DNA from: Pyrinomonadaceae bacterium
Lineage (GTDB): Bacteria > Acidobacteriota > Blastocatellia > Pyrinomonadales > Pyrinomonadaceae
Assembly: GCA_031396065.1 (NCBI GenBank)
Contig: JANNJZ010000418.1
Coordinates: 9,030-73,029, forward strand
Reading direction: 5' to 3'
Length of the DNA stretch: 64,000 bases
The position numbers and the translations under genes are program-made. Below, piece after piece: positions 1-9,572 of this stretch (its first letter is position 1; the number at the start of each line of letters is the position of its first letter). The notes below the pieces were generated by a model. The model made no database searches and was not told where the DNA came from. It worked only from the letters and a program-made list of their open reading frames with translations.

Positions 1-2863
1 ACGAACCGCCTCCTCCTATGTACACCACGCCTGCTGACGCAGTCGGTGGCGACGAAAACGCGTATGCTTCCGTAAGCTGCGTCGACCAGACCAGGGCGCC
101 TGACGCTGCATCGAAAGCGCGAAGCACTCCGTTGTAGTTCACGGCGAAGACCCGTCCAGCATCGTAGGCGGCGTTGGACCATGGATATGTTCCACTTAGA
201 TCGACTGGTCCCCACAACGTGGCGCCATTCGCCTCGTCGAGGGCATATAGTTTTGCTGCATAAGAAGGGTCGTAGTACGCGACCGTGACGAAGATCCTGC
301 CGTTGGCGATGAGCGGATAGGAGATCTGACCGCCCAGATCTCGAGACCACCGCTGCTCCAAAGGTGGAACAATCGTGTCGAATTGCGCCCCGCTATGGGT
401 GGCGTCGATTTGATAGGCCACTGCAGTCCCCGCAGTCGGCGGAGGGGTGGGCGTTGCCGTGGGGGTCGCTGTGCAGAAGCTGCTCGTCGACATTAACTGG
501 AATGTGTAACTCCCACCCAGTCCCGCCGTGCCGTTGACGGCGAAGACGACGACCGCAAAGCTGGTGTTGCCCGGGACGGTGAACTGGAACGACGTGATGA
601 GCGGTTCAGAGGTGCCACTACTGACGCCGGGGTCGCCCAGGTAACGAGATGGATTGGTGATATCAGTCGCGACAAACGGCGCCAGGAAAGCAGCGATTTG
701 GTAGTTCGCATCGGACTGAGAATTTTTGGTTAATGCCGCTGATACACAGACTGGTGAGGACGACGAGTTGGTGAAAGTATAAGCGTCGAATGGATACGAG
801 CCGGATTCGATATTCCCAGGGAAGGGATTCGTGCTGCAGGTACCCTGCCCCTCGGCTCGAAACAATCGCGTCGTCATCGTACCGGTGGTGGCAGGCGCCG
901 CCGGGCTGCCGAGGTTGGCTGTAAAACCGCAACTAGCATCGACTGGCGGTGTAGGAGTCGGCGTCGGTGACGTCAAATCGAATGTATAGACCGCGCCAGT
1001 GTTGGAGTTCTTACCCACAGCACCGACCACTACTGTGTCGCCATCGATTCCTACCGACGAACCAAATTGATCATGCGCCGCCAGATCACTCGCGGTGAGT
1101 TTCTGCACCTGTCCCCAGCCTTCAACGCCATTCTGATTGCGCTCGCAGATGTAGGCCGCACCACCAGTGGCGCGATTGATGGCCCAAGCTCCGACCACCA
1201 GCGTGTCGCCCTCGATCGCTACCGAAATACCGAATTCGTCAACTAACGCAGCATCATCCGCGGTCAGTTCCTTCACCTCGCCCCAGCTTTCAAGTCCATT
1301 CTGATTGCGCTCGAAAATATAGACCGCACCACTAGTGGCGCGGTTTCCATGAGTAGCTCCGACCGCCAGCGTGTCGCCATCGATCGCTACCGAGATACCG
1401 AATTGGTCGCCATATCCTGCCCCATCACTTGCGGTTAGTTTTTTCACCTGTCCCCAGTGCTCAGCTCCACCCTGATTGCGCTCAAAGATGTAGGCCGCGC
1501 CAGGGGCCCCGCCGAAAGCTCCGACCACGACTGTGTTACCGTTGATCGATACTGAGTAACCGAAATAGAAATAGTTTGCCACGACACCACTGGTCAGTTT
1601 CTGCACCTGTGCCCAGTTCTCAGCTCCACCCTGATTGCGCTCGAAGATGTAGGCCGCGCCAGTGACGGAGTTCTTAAGCCAGGCTCCGACCACTACTGTG
1701 TCGACATCGATCGCTACCGACCAACCGAATTGGTCATTCACTGCCGCATCAGTGGCGGTGAGTTTCTGCACCTGTCCCCAGTTCTCAGCTCCACCGTGAT
1801 TGCGCTCGAAGATATAGGCCGCGCCAGTCTTGGAGTTCTTGCCGTAAGCTCCGACCACTACTGTGTTGCCGTTGGTCGCTACCGAGTAACCGAATCGGTC
1901 ATCTGCCGCCGCTTCGCTCGCCGTTAGTTTCTTAGTCTGAGTGAAAAGTGGATCAATTCGGACCGGGTAAACTGCCTCAGTGTCATCTATCAAGAGCGAA
2001 ATCTGTTTCCTGTCAGCCTGGAAGCGGGTTTGTAATTGTCGGCCCAACGCATCGGTAGCCACCAGATGATCATAGCGCAGCCAATGCTGGCCATTGCCGC
2101 CGATCAGTTCTAACGCCTTTCCCGAATCCACCAGCGCCGGTCTGACATCACCCGTAACCGTCAGGCGCACTCGCAGTGGCGCTCCCTCATGCCTTTTCCC
2201 GGGCGGCGCCGTCAGGGTAAAGCCCTGCTCGAGGCCATCTTGACGGTTTTGATACCACTCGACGATCTCATCCGAATCGGCATGGTCAGTGTTATTGGAT
2301 CGTGTAGCGAGCCGTCGGTGAATCTCGATGCGATTGCCATCGACGCGCATCGTTCCCGCTCCGGCAGTCAACATTCGGCGACCATAACCGTAACTCCGCA
2401 GCCTTAACCGCGCCTGTAACGTCGTCGTCTGCTGATTGGTGAGTGACTGCAGAACTACGTCGCGTCCATTGAAACGGACCCTCAGGCTCTGAGCCGGATT
2501 TGTTGCTTCGTAGATGTCCGCCGCATTGTGCTTTAGTCGTCCTGATCGCAACGCACTCGATTTTTGGGCTGGCGGCTGCTGGTCGATCTGGTACTGTGCC
2601 GCCTCGATCTGATTCTGCAGTCGACCATAAAGGCCGTGCTCTTTCAGATAATCACTGGCTGGCTTGCCTTCCAGGCTGGGCAGCGGTTGGGTGGATTGCG
2701 CCTGTGGGGCTTTGACTGAACTATCCGAGGCCAGGCGTTTGGTCAGCTCTGGAACTTTGGTGGCTGGGCGGTTTGCCTGTGAGCCGTGCCGACTAATGAT
2801 TAATGGCAGCGCAAGGGCGACTAGAGCGAAGAGCGCCAGGGAAACGATTGTGCGAGAGCGCAT
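1..2863 (-). CDS. Secreted FG-GAP-repeat protein with a C-terminal PQQ/BamB-like beta-propeller region (3' end runs off the window)
   Basis: Absent from the ORF track because there is no stop inside the window. My own translation from the ATG at 2863 (GGAG about 8 nt upstream on the minus strand) gives MRSRTIVSLALFALVALALPLII, a signal-peptide-like start. It is followed by at least 6 repeats of the type DxFGxSVAIDGDTxVVGA...GAAYIFERNQGGAENWGQVQKLTA (FG-GAP-like), a PTPTPTPP linker, and then LYALDEANGATLWGP...VLRAFDAASGALVWS (PQQ-like). The frame stays open to position 2. Confidence 0.75.
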   Translation of the reverse strand, partial: MRSRTIVSLALFALVALALPLIISRHGSQANRPATKVPELTKRLASDSSVKAPQAQSTQPLPSLEGKPASDYLKEHGLYGRLQNQIEAAQYQIDQQPPAQKSSALRSGRLKHNAADIYEATNPAQSLRVRFNGRDVVLQSLTNQQTTTLQARLRLRSYGYGRRMLTAGAGTMRVDGNRIEIHRRLATRSNNTDHADSDEIVEWYQNRQDGLEQGFTLTAPPGKRHEGAPLRVRLTVTGDVRPALVDSGKALELIGGNGQHWLRYDHLVATDALGRQLQTRFQADRKQISLLIDDTEAVYPVRIDPLFTQTKKLTASEAAADDRFGYSVATNGNTVVVGAYGKNSKTGAAYIFERNHGGAENWGQVQKLTATDAAVNDQFGWSVAIDVDTVVVGAWLKNSVTGAAYIFERNQGGAENWAQVQKLTSGVVANYFYFGYSVSINGNTVVVGAFGGAPGAAYIFERNQGGAEHWGQVKKLTASDGAGYGDQFGISVAIDGDTLAVGATHGNRATSGAVYIFERNQNGLESWGEVKELTADDAALVDEFGISVAIEGDTLVVGAWAINRATGGAAYICERNQNGVEGWGQVQKLTASDLAAHDQFGSSVGIDGDTVVVGAVGKNSNTGAVYTFDLTSPTPTPTPPVDASCGFTANLGSPAAPATTGTMTTRLFRAEGQGTCSTNPFPGNIESGSYPFDAYTFTNSSSSPVCVSAALTKNSQSDANYQIAAFLAPFVATDITNPSRYLGDPGVSSGTSEPLITSFQFTVPGNTSFAVVVFAVNGTAGLGGSYTFQLMSTSSFCTATPTATPTPPPTAGTAVAYQIDATHSGAQFDTIVPPLEQRWSRDLGGQISYPLIANGRIFVTVAYYDPSYAAKLYALDEANGATLWGPVDLSGTYPWSNAAYDAGRVFAVNYNGVLRAFDAASGALVWSTQLTEAYAFSSPPTASAGVVYIGGGGS

Positions 2864-3075
2864 TCGACGGAATCTCCTTATTACAACGAATACGCAATCC
2901 GTCTTGTATCAAAGTTACAACTAAGAACACAGCATCAACTCCTCGTGCCCATGCCTACTTACTTCGTGCACGATGGTTAACGCTGCGACTCTCGTCCCGG
3001 GGGAACACTTTTTTACACGCTTCCGCGTCGAATATGGGGGAGGCTTCTTATCAAAGCAGGAGTCGGCCCTTCTAG

Positions 3076-4110
3076 TTGGAGGAATTTTTCGCGGCCGATA
3101 CTCGCAGATCGAGACTCTATGACCCGCAAATTGTAGCACGGCTCAGTCGGTTCGAGCCTGCTCGGGCAATAGGTGCGCGATCCTTTGGGAGCTCGGAATA
3201 CGTTGATGAGTTCGGTGATAAAACGATGACTCAGATTTCGCCTCGCATGGTTGAGAATTATCTGGTGGAATTGCTGCAAACCAAAACGCGGATTGACCGA
3301 CCCTATTCGCCGGTAACCGTGCGTCGGCATTACAACATGCTTAATCAACTCTTCAACATGGCAATTCGCGAGCGCATCACTAACGATAATCCGTGTCGTT
3401 CGGTGAGTCGCACCGTGCTGAAGAATTTACCCACATGGCAAAACCGTGATCGATGGCTGAACAAATACTCACCGGACGAAGAAGGACGGCTTTTTGTCGC
3501 GTTTGGAGAGCACGGCCAGCATGTAGCGGCCATTTGCCGCATCGTTTTGAACACTGGCATCAGGCCACCCAAGGAGGTATTGGCAATAAGGAAGGATCAC
3601 GTCAATCTTTCGGACGACCAGCGCTACTGCAAGGTCGAAAGAACGGACGTGTTGATTCCGCCTCGGGCGATCCTCGTGGCCAAGGGGAAGAATGGTCGGC
3701 CGCGAGCTTTGCCGCTCAATCGCACAGTACAAAGGGTCGTTGCGGTTCTCGCCACGGATTCGACGACGGAGGGTTGGTTATTTATTTGCGAACCGTGACG
3801 ATGAACCAATCAAAGCAATAAAGACCGGATTCACCAAGGCTTGTACTCTAGAGCCGGAATCGAAGACCTGCGGCCTTACGACCTCCGTCACACATTCGCC
3901 ACCCGGCTCTTGGAGCGAGGCGTGCACTCCTTCATCATTTCGGCACTGTTGGGGCATTCGACTCCGACGGCTGGATTTGGTGTCGGATCGCGAATTACTT
4001 CGGGCTACGCGCACGCTACCTGGGGTGCAATGCCGTGTCGAGGCCGTCCCGGGTCACCTCGTATTGCGCGTAATCGTTTTAAGACCGTAAACATTGACGA
4101 AGGCGGTTAG
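3076..4110 (+). pseudogene. Tyrosine recombinase (phage-type integrase), disrupted by two frameshifts and N-terminally short
   Basis: Frame 1 (3076-3798) reads ...VRRHYNMLNQLFNMAIRERITNDNPC...ICRIVLNTGIRPPKEVLAIRKDHVN... and ends GWLFICEP*. Frame 2 continues FANRDDEPIKAIKTGFTKAC. Frame 1 resumes near 3845 with SRAGIEDLRPYDLRHTFATRLLERGVHSFIISALLGHS...GYAH (the catalytic HxxR, H and Y region). The only start available is a TTG. Confidence 0.75.
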
Positions 4111-4187
4111 AGAAGTCACATTCACATGCATGAGTTGGATAAAGCACCCGCGCAGTCTGCCAAAAGTCTGCCAAAACTTTCGCCGCA
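4031..4187. repeat. Direct repeat copy 1 (integrase 3' end plus downstream); pairs with 15361-15506
   Basis: tgccgtgtcgaggccgtccc(-)gggtcacctcg ... gagaagtcac ... ataaagc...gtctgccaaaactttc(g)ccgca aligns with 15361-15506 in the same orientation, with substitutions and small indels. The first 14 nt are the reverse complement of a tRNA-Val anticodon stem-loop. Confidence 0.8.
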
Positions 4188-4264
4188 CCGATATGGCTCC
4201 AACGATCATCTGCTAAGAAGGCGGCAGGGAGGGTGCTATTATGACGGCCACGCAGCAGCAGCTA

Positions 4265-4350
4265 ATGACAAAAGCGATAGAAGCATCTACGAACATGGCA
4301 TCATCCGGCCTGTGAAACCGTTGGAGTTACCTGAAGGGTCTCGGCTTTGA
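4265..4350 (+). pseudogene. Frameshifted remnant of a small AF2212/DUF104-type antitoxin-like gene
   Basis: MTKAIEA in one frame, then IYEHGIIRPVKPLELPEGSRL in the next. The pattern IYENGxxxPxxPxxLPEG is typical of that family. No partner toxin gene is present. Confidence 0.35.
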
Positions 4351-4426
4351 CGTAATCGTAATGATGCACGAGAAACCTCGCACAAACCGGAACGCTGCCA
4401 GCATACGGAATTCTATACTTTCGCTG

Positions 4427-4879
4427 TCAGCTCGCGGTGACGCCTTCTGACAATCGGGCGTATTCAGCGTAGAGATCCTTGAGGTTGTTGTTCAACTCTG
4501 TAAAGATTTCAGGTCTGATGTTTTCAGGTGGAGTTTGATTCAGAACTTTCAGCAAAGCGGAAATTACTCGCGAAACCTCACCGGACATGCCAACTGACTT
4601 CGGGCCATTGTCGCGAATCAAACTCGCCAGCGGATCCAAAACCGCCAGGCGTCTGATGGCCTGACTATCAGGTTGTTCTAGTAGTGCTGCTGCGATTAGA
4701 TCTTCGCTCCACCCTTGGCTCGTCGCTGCGTTGACAATGTAGTTCATGAGGTCGGTATCAGGGACACAATCAAGAATTCTCTTGTCGAGGCGCGTCTTCA
4801 GCATCCTTTCAAGGCTTAGCTTATCAAACGCCTGCAGCATTGCTTCGGTAAGTTTGTTGGAATCGCTTGCGGCAGTCAT
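4427..4879 (-). CDS. Adaptor-domain (EAD-like) protein, 150 aa; last gene of the NTPase/protease operon
   Basis: The N-terminal ~80 aa (LKTRLDKRILD...IVNAATSQGWSEDLIAAALLEQPDS) is paralogous to the N-termini of the 353-aa and 371-aa ORFs. Its start overlaps the upstream stop (ATGA at 4876-4879). Confidence 0.8.
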   Translation of the reverse strand: MTAASDSNKLTEAMLQAFDKLSLERMLKTRLDKRILDCVPDTDLMNYIVNAATSQGWSEDLIAAALLEQPDSQAIRRLAVLDPLASLIRDNGPKSVGMSGEVSRVISALLKVLNQTPPENIRPEIFTELNNNLKDLYAEYARLSEGVTAS

Positions 4880-7230
4880 GGCATAACTCCAGTAGCTTGC
4901 AGGTTCAGGTCTTTCCTCAGCTCGATCAATGTCTCCGGTTGTGCATTAAGCTCTTGCACGGCTAGCGCAAGCGCCAGGTAGGTTTTACCAGTGATGCCCG
5001 CTGCTATGTTCTCCGTGTGATAAACAGAAAAGTGACTTTGCATTGTTACGAGGGCAGCAATTAGTGCCTCTCGTTCAGTAACCAATAAAGGACTATTAGC
5101 GGTTCGCTCTGCTCGTTGCCGCAAAACGTTTAAGGCGCTCATGGGTTGTTTCAGTACAATTAGGTCATTGGCACGCAGCCTGGCGTGAGTCTCCCAGTCT
5201 TCCAGTTCCGCCTCTTGCCAAACTGACTCGTCAACCTCCAAGCCAAGTTTGGCAGCCAGATATGCCTTGGCCTTCGGCGGCAACTCTTCTATGGCGCTCC
5301 CGAGATTTTGTTGCACAGCGTCCAGCCAGCGGCTTTCGAGAGTGGCGCGCTCGACTCCCAGCGAAAGGCGGTGGTAGATCTCCTCAGCGCGCGAGACGCC
5401 GTCTTCGAACGTCTGGTAATACTCCACAGCATTGTGATGAATCTGTTCCACCTTCTCGCGCTTGTCGTTGCGCAACGGCTCCAGCATCACTTTGCGCAAA
5501 TCTGTGCGGTGAATCAAAGCGTTGTCACCGGCTTGTGATACCAGTGCCACTTCCTTGCCCAGTTCCTCAAAGAGCTCTCTAGCTCGGTTGATGTCCGGAA
5601 CTTCGACCTCGCAGGGGCCTGCCAGTACCTTAAGGATTAACTCCGGAGTAATACGACGCAGTACCAAACCCGGATGGGCCAACTTAGCCACATCCGGTTC
5701 ATGTATGTGCTCAAGAATTCTTGTGAACAACTGGACCTGAATGGCGCCGTCGTCGAGTTTCTTCAAAAGTCGATCTTTGGTCTTTAGGTTCTTAATTCCT
5801 TTGGCTCCCGCTCCCTCGCGCCGCAAAAGTTCGACAGCCAACTTTAGCGTAAGCGGACTACCCCCCACCTGGGTTGCAACCAGCTTGGCGAGCTCGGGAT
5901 CCGTTATGCCATGCGACTCGAGAAAACCCTGAGCAATCTCCGCGTCAAACACCGAGATCTGAAGTCCTTCGGTTTTAAACCTTTTCGACTCTATTGGCGC
6001 CCGTCCGGACAATACCGCTCGCAGTGTCGGTATGCGCTTCTGCAACGACTCGAGAAACTCGAAGAGTTCATCAACGAAAGCACTACTCCGGTACTGCACT
6101 TCCTCAAACGTATCGAGAATAAGCAAGAGTGGTTTGTCCCCTAAGACCAGCCCCTTCGCCTCCTCCGCGAATTCGTCCAGAAACAAGTCGCGTTTATCGA
6201 CGCGTGCAGGTGCGTCCACGGTGCCGCCAGGTTGTCTTTTGCGCGCAGTCCGATTTTCGATTCGCTGGTTCCAGGAATCGCGTAAGTGTTTCAACGACTT
6301 AGCCGAGCTGGGAAACTGCACCTCCATTTGCCGGAGCGCTTCAATCAACAACGTAATTGGCTCTTCCGCAATCAGCGAAGGACGATCAAAATCCAGGTAT
6401 GCAAAGGGAAACCGGTTTGGGTCAGCGTCCTGATCCTGACTCGCCGGCTCGGCGAGATTCCCGGCTGGCAACATCAACATCACGTGATCAAGAATGAACT
6501 TAGCTAACAAAGTGGACTTTCCCACTCCGCCGGGCCCATGTAGCACCAGCGGGGGTTTGTCATTCCAACTGAAAATCTGGCGCAGGCCGCGGGTGACGAA
6601 ACTCGAAACGCTGGTTGCCTCCATCGCGCCAACGTATTCCGACAATTTATTGAGTTCCGTCGTGCGTCCTCTGAAATGATCGCCCACCAGGAAGCGAAAA
6701 GACGACAGCAAATTCTCGACTTCGATTCGCTGCAACACGAACTGCGGTTCCGGCACCCCAGTGATAATGCCATTCAACCACTCCGACACCTGCAGGGTTC
6801 GCAGCAGATCCTGATGGCTCTGTTTTTCTAACGGCTCCGCAGTTTGAAAGATGTACCCCTCAAGAGTCTTTTGTAAGGGATCCTGAGGACGATCGGAAAT
6901 ACTCAGCAAGACCTTCCTGATGTTATCAGCGCCCTCCAAACGCTCCAGTGCCTCTCGGCGCGCATCACTGCGAAGCATCCAGCGCGGACGCTGATTCTCA
7001 TCAAGAATTAACTGGCTGTCTGAATAAAGACTTTCGAGCGCAGTTTCCGGGCTAGCCTCCGCCCCATCGAATGGTTGGATTTTCTGCATCTCAAAGGAGG
7101 AGACAACTGAGGCGGCTTTAAGATAACTCCAGCGCACGTCAGACTCGTTGAGTTCAACACCCAGCAAGTCCTTCAGTTTCGAGGCAAGCAAATCGTTCGA
7201 ATAGCCTGAGGGAAAATCCGGATCCGACAT
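4876..7230 (-). CDS. STAND-type P-loop NTPase with a helical-repeat C-terminal half
   Basis: Walker A is PPLVLHGPGGVGKSTLLAKF (DNA ~6509-6541) and Walker B is KPLLLILDTFEEV. The C-terminus is ~350 aa and helical (TPR-like by eye). The product is 784 aa. Confidence 0.85.
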   Translation of the reverse strand: MSDPDFPSGYSNDLLASKLKDLLGVELNESDVRWSYLKAASVVSSFEMQKIQPFDGAEASPETALESLYSDSQLILDENQRPRWMLRSDARREALERLEGADNIRKVLLSISDRPQDPLQKTLEGYIFQTAEPLEKQSHQDLLRTLQVSEWLNGIITGVPEPQFVLQRIEVENLLSSFRFLVGDHFRGRTTELNKLSEYVGAMEATSVSSFVTRGLRQIFSWNDKPPLVLHGPGGVGKSTLLAKFILDHVMLMLPAGNLAEPASQDQDADPNRFPFAYLDFDRPSLIAEEPITLLIEALRQMEVQFPSSAKSLKHLRDSWNQRIENRTARKRQPGGTVDAPARVDKRDLFLDEFAEEAKGLVLGDKPLLLILDTFEEVQYRSSAFVDELFEFLESLQKRIPTLRAVLSGRAPIESKRFKTEGLQISVFDAEIAQGFLESHGITDPELAKLVATQVGGSPLTLKLAVELLRREGAGAKGIKNLKTKDRLLKKLDDGAIQVQLFTRILEHIHEPDVAKLAHPGLVLRRITPELILKVLAGPCEVEVPDINRARELFEELGKEVALVSQAGDNALIHRTDLRKVMLEPLRNDKREKVEQIHHNAVEYYQTFEDGVSRAEEIYHRLSLGVERATLESRWLDAVQQNLGSAIEELPPKAKAYLAAKLGLEVDESVWQEAELEDWETHARLRANDLIVLKQPMSALNVLRQRAERTANSPLLVTEREALIAALVTMQSHFSVYHTENIAAGITGKTYLALALAVQELNAQPETLIELRKDLNLQATGVMP

Positions 7231-7239
7231 AAGACTCTC

Positions 7240-8301
7240 CTAAACAAAAAGCAGTTTCGCTGTTTCGTTCACGGCTTTGCTGACCAGTCGTAGTCGCTCG
7301 ACTGTAATCTCGGGCTTGCCGGCGATCGCGCCATCAACCTCGGCCAGGATTATGTCAACTTTACCGGTCAAGTCTGTGGCGCTGTAATTTCGTTTGTGAT
7401 CTTTATTCAACTGCTCAAAGAAATCGATCAACTCATCGCGGCCGATTGGCTTGATCTCCTCTCGACTCACGTAGTCGCTGATCTGAAATGGCAACGTTTC
7501 CTGGTAGTTAAGCAGCACCACGCGACACTGCGGAACGTTGGTCTCAGCTTGAACTGCCAATTCGTCAATCCAATCTCGCGTTTCCGGGAGGAGAGTCTTT
7601 TCGCGAAAGCCGTCAAAGACGAACCAATAGGTTGTATCTCCGGGATTGACCACGCGAGCCAGTATCCAACTAACCAGACGCTGCACCCATCTCGCTTTCT
7701 GTTCATCCTGCTGCTGAGGAATCTTACTGGTATCCATTCCCATTTGCAGTCCGATCATTTCAGTAAGGTTGGGAGCTTCGAAAACAAACTTATCAAGGTT
7801 CATGTAGATAGTTTTGTTTCTCGGCGTCTTCTCGCTGAGAAAACTTATCAACTCGTTGGTGTAAGACTTGCCGCTAACCCGCTGGCCGGTAACCACGAGG
7901 ACGCGCGGGCCGTCCGGTGACCGCAGGTCTTTCAAGGCCTGACGCAAGTCTTTGCGATCGATGAAATATCTTCGCGCTCGCAACGTGTGCGCCATGACCA
8001 AGTCAACCAGAGTAGGTGGTCCTGGCGCCGGATCGAAATCCGGATGTTTTGCTACGAATGCCTTCAGGTTAACCCCGCTTGGATTCCGATCGATCGCATG
8101 GTAGACAAGATACGCAATCCATCCTTCCTCGATGCCTCGTTGCACGACGATTTCCACCACATCTGGATAGCCAATACCCTGTGGATTGATGATGTTTGCC
8201 AGTTTCTTATCGAGCTGGTTCAGCAGCAGACTAGTAAGAGTAGGAAGCGAGTAGTCATTGCTCAGCGCAAACAGGAAATCATTTCGTTGCTGCAAATCCA
8301 T
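7240..8301 (-). CDS. Adaptor (EAD-like) domain fused to a small P-loop NTPase
   Basis: The N-terminus reads LLLNQLDKKLANI...VVQRGIEEGWIAYLVYHAIDRNPSGVNLKAF. It is followed by Walker A VLVVTGQRVSGKSYT and a Walker B-like TYWFVFDGF. Confidence 0.8.
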   Translation of the reverse strand: MDLQQRNDFLFALSNDYSLPTLTSLLLNQLDKKLANIINPQGIGYPDVVEIVVQRGIEEGWIAYLVYHAIDRNPSGVNLKAFVAKHPDFDPAPGPPTLVDLVMAHTLRARRYFIDRKDLRQALKDLRSPDGPRVLVVTGQRVSGKSYTNELISFLSEKTPRNKTIYMNLDKFVFEAPNLTEMIGLQMGMDTSKIPQQQDEQKARWVQRLVSWILARVVNPGDTTYWFVFDGFREKTLLPETRDWIDELAVQAETNVPQCRVVLLNYQETLPFQISDYVSREEIKPIGRDELIDFFEQLNKDHKRNYSATDLTGKVDIILAEVDGAIAGKPEITVERLRLVSKAVNETAKLLFV

Positions 8302-8454
8302 ATTGACCTCCCGGGGGGCGGGTTAAGAATTATCAACCAATCAGTTTCTCGTCATTAGTCCAGGAACATGAACCGAATATGGCGGCCCGGCAGCCCCTTC
8401 AGCTCGCCGCGCTGGGTACTCGATTCGCGTTACGTCGTTCATGGCTCGCGCCAA

Positions 8455-9570
8455 CTAGTCGTCCGGATCAGCAAGTTTTGCCGCCACGTTTCGCTCCTGG
8501 AACAGCTTCATGATGGCGGTCATCGGAACGCCTTCGTTGTAGGTTGGCTTGTGGGCCGGATCAAAGTCGGGATCGCCGCTGTGATGCAGCGCAGCCAGTT
8601 CCCATTTAAAGGTAAAGCAAGGTGAACCCGAGGAACCTGACTCGGTATTAGTTTGGTAGCGCAAACGCGTTCCGTGGGTATTGGTGCTCATTACCCCATC
8701 AGTGTCCACCGCCAGTTTCATCGGCTGACCACGCGGGTGTTGCAAGATGCTCATGCCTGAACCCTCTGCCGGAATAAAGGGCATCTGCGGCAACGGAATA
8801 AAGCCACGCTTTTCGCCCGCCAAACTGTCCTTGTCCCCAACTGTGTCCTTTCCCGCCGGCGCCGCGAGCCGGATCAAAGCGTAATCCAAACGATCTGCGG
8901 GTGCTTCTTGATCCAACGGATAATTCTCGCTGGCATCAATCAGCCAATCAGTCGCCAGTGAATAAGTGACACCGTCGTTAAGAACGGCACCGCCACTGGT
9001 TCGTTTGTAATCGAACCGGCAGAGCACATTTTCCCGTTTAGCAAGATCGCCATCCGGCATCGTTTTAATTACGGGTTCCATGACGTGATAGTTAGTCATT
9101 ACCACGCTCGGTCCGCCAAACAGAAAGCCCGTACCGGTGATGCTCCTACCACGCTCGGTGCCATACTCGATACGGCATATTTGCGCTTCGAGTTTGCCCA
9201 ATTCCGTGCGCCAAACATTGACGTCCAACATTGGATTCTGCGGCGTGATCATCCGCTCTAGCTCCTGACGATCAACCGTCTTGTCGATGGAGCTAAGCCC
9301 AAACTGCTGAGAGAAAGCCAGGAGGTTGGCGTTACCAGGATTCACTTCGCGCGCTTTTAACACGAGCGCATCCCACCAACCCTCCATATTGGCTCTCTGG
9401 ATGACCGCCGAAACCGTCTCTTGGTAGGTTGCACCCATCGGAGCGAGGTTAAACACCTGCTTGTCAAGCCGATGCAGCAGCAATAATCCGAACGTTCCGG
9501 GAGCAAAAGCTGCGGTCAGAACGTCTGTCAATTTTCCGATTTGTGGCCCGTTGAGCTGCTTTGTCGCCAT
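8455..9570 (-). CDS. Adaptor (EAD-like) domain fused to a trypsin-like serine protease
   Basis: The N-terminus reads LLLHRLDKQVFNL...VIQRANMEGWWDALVLKAREVNPGNANLLAF. The protease triad context is VVMTNYHVM (His), DYALIRLA (Asp) and ESGSSGSPCF (Ser). Confidence 0.85.
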   Translation of the reverse strand: MATKQLNGPQIGKLTDVLTAAFAPGTFGLLLLHRLDKQVFNLAPMGATYQETVSAVIQRANMEGWWDALVLKAREVNPGNANLLAFSQQFGLSSIDKTVDRQELERMITPQNPMLDVNVWRTELGKLEAQICRIEYGTERGRSITGTGFLFGGPSVVMTNYHVMEPVIKTMPDGDLAKRENVLCRFDYKRTSGGAVLNDGVTYSLATDWLIDASENYPLDQEAPADRLDYALIRLAAPAGKDTVGDKDSLAGEKRGFIPLPQMPFIPAEGSGMSILQHPRGQPMKLAVDTDGVMSTNTHGTRLRYQTNTESGSSGSPCFTFKWELAALHHSGDPDFDPAHKPTYNEGVPMTAIMKLFQERNVAAKLADPDD

Positions 9571-9572
9571 GG

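Noticed and set aside
3453-4350. Track ORFs 3453-3821, 3692-4090, 3841-4110 and 4126-4350 as independent genes
   Set aside because: The ORFs at 3692-4090 and 3841-4110 are the frameshifted continuation of one integrase. The ORF at 3453-3821 is an alternative-frame shadow. The ORF at 4126-4350 spans the repeat and a frameshifted antitoxin-like remnant.
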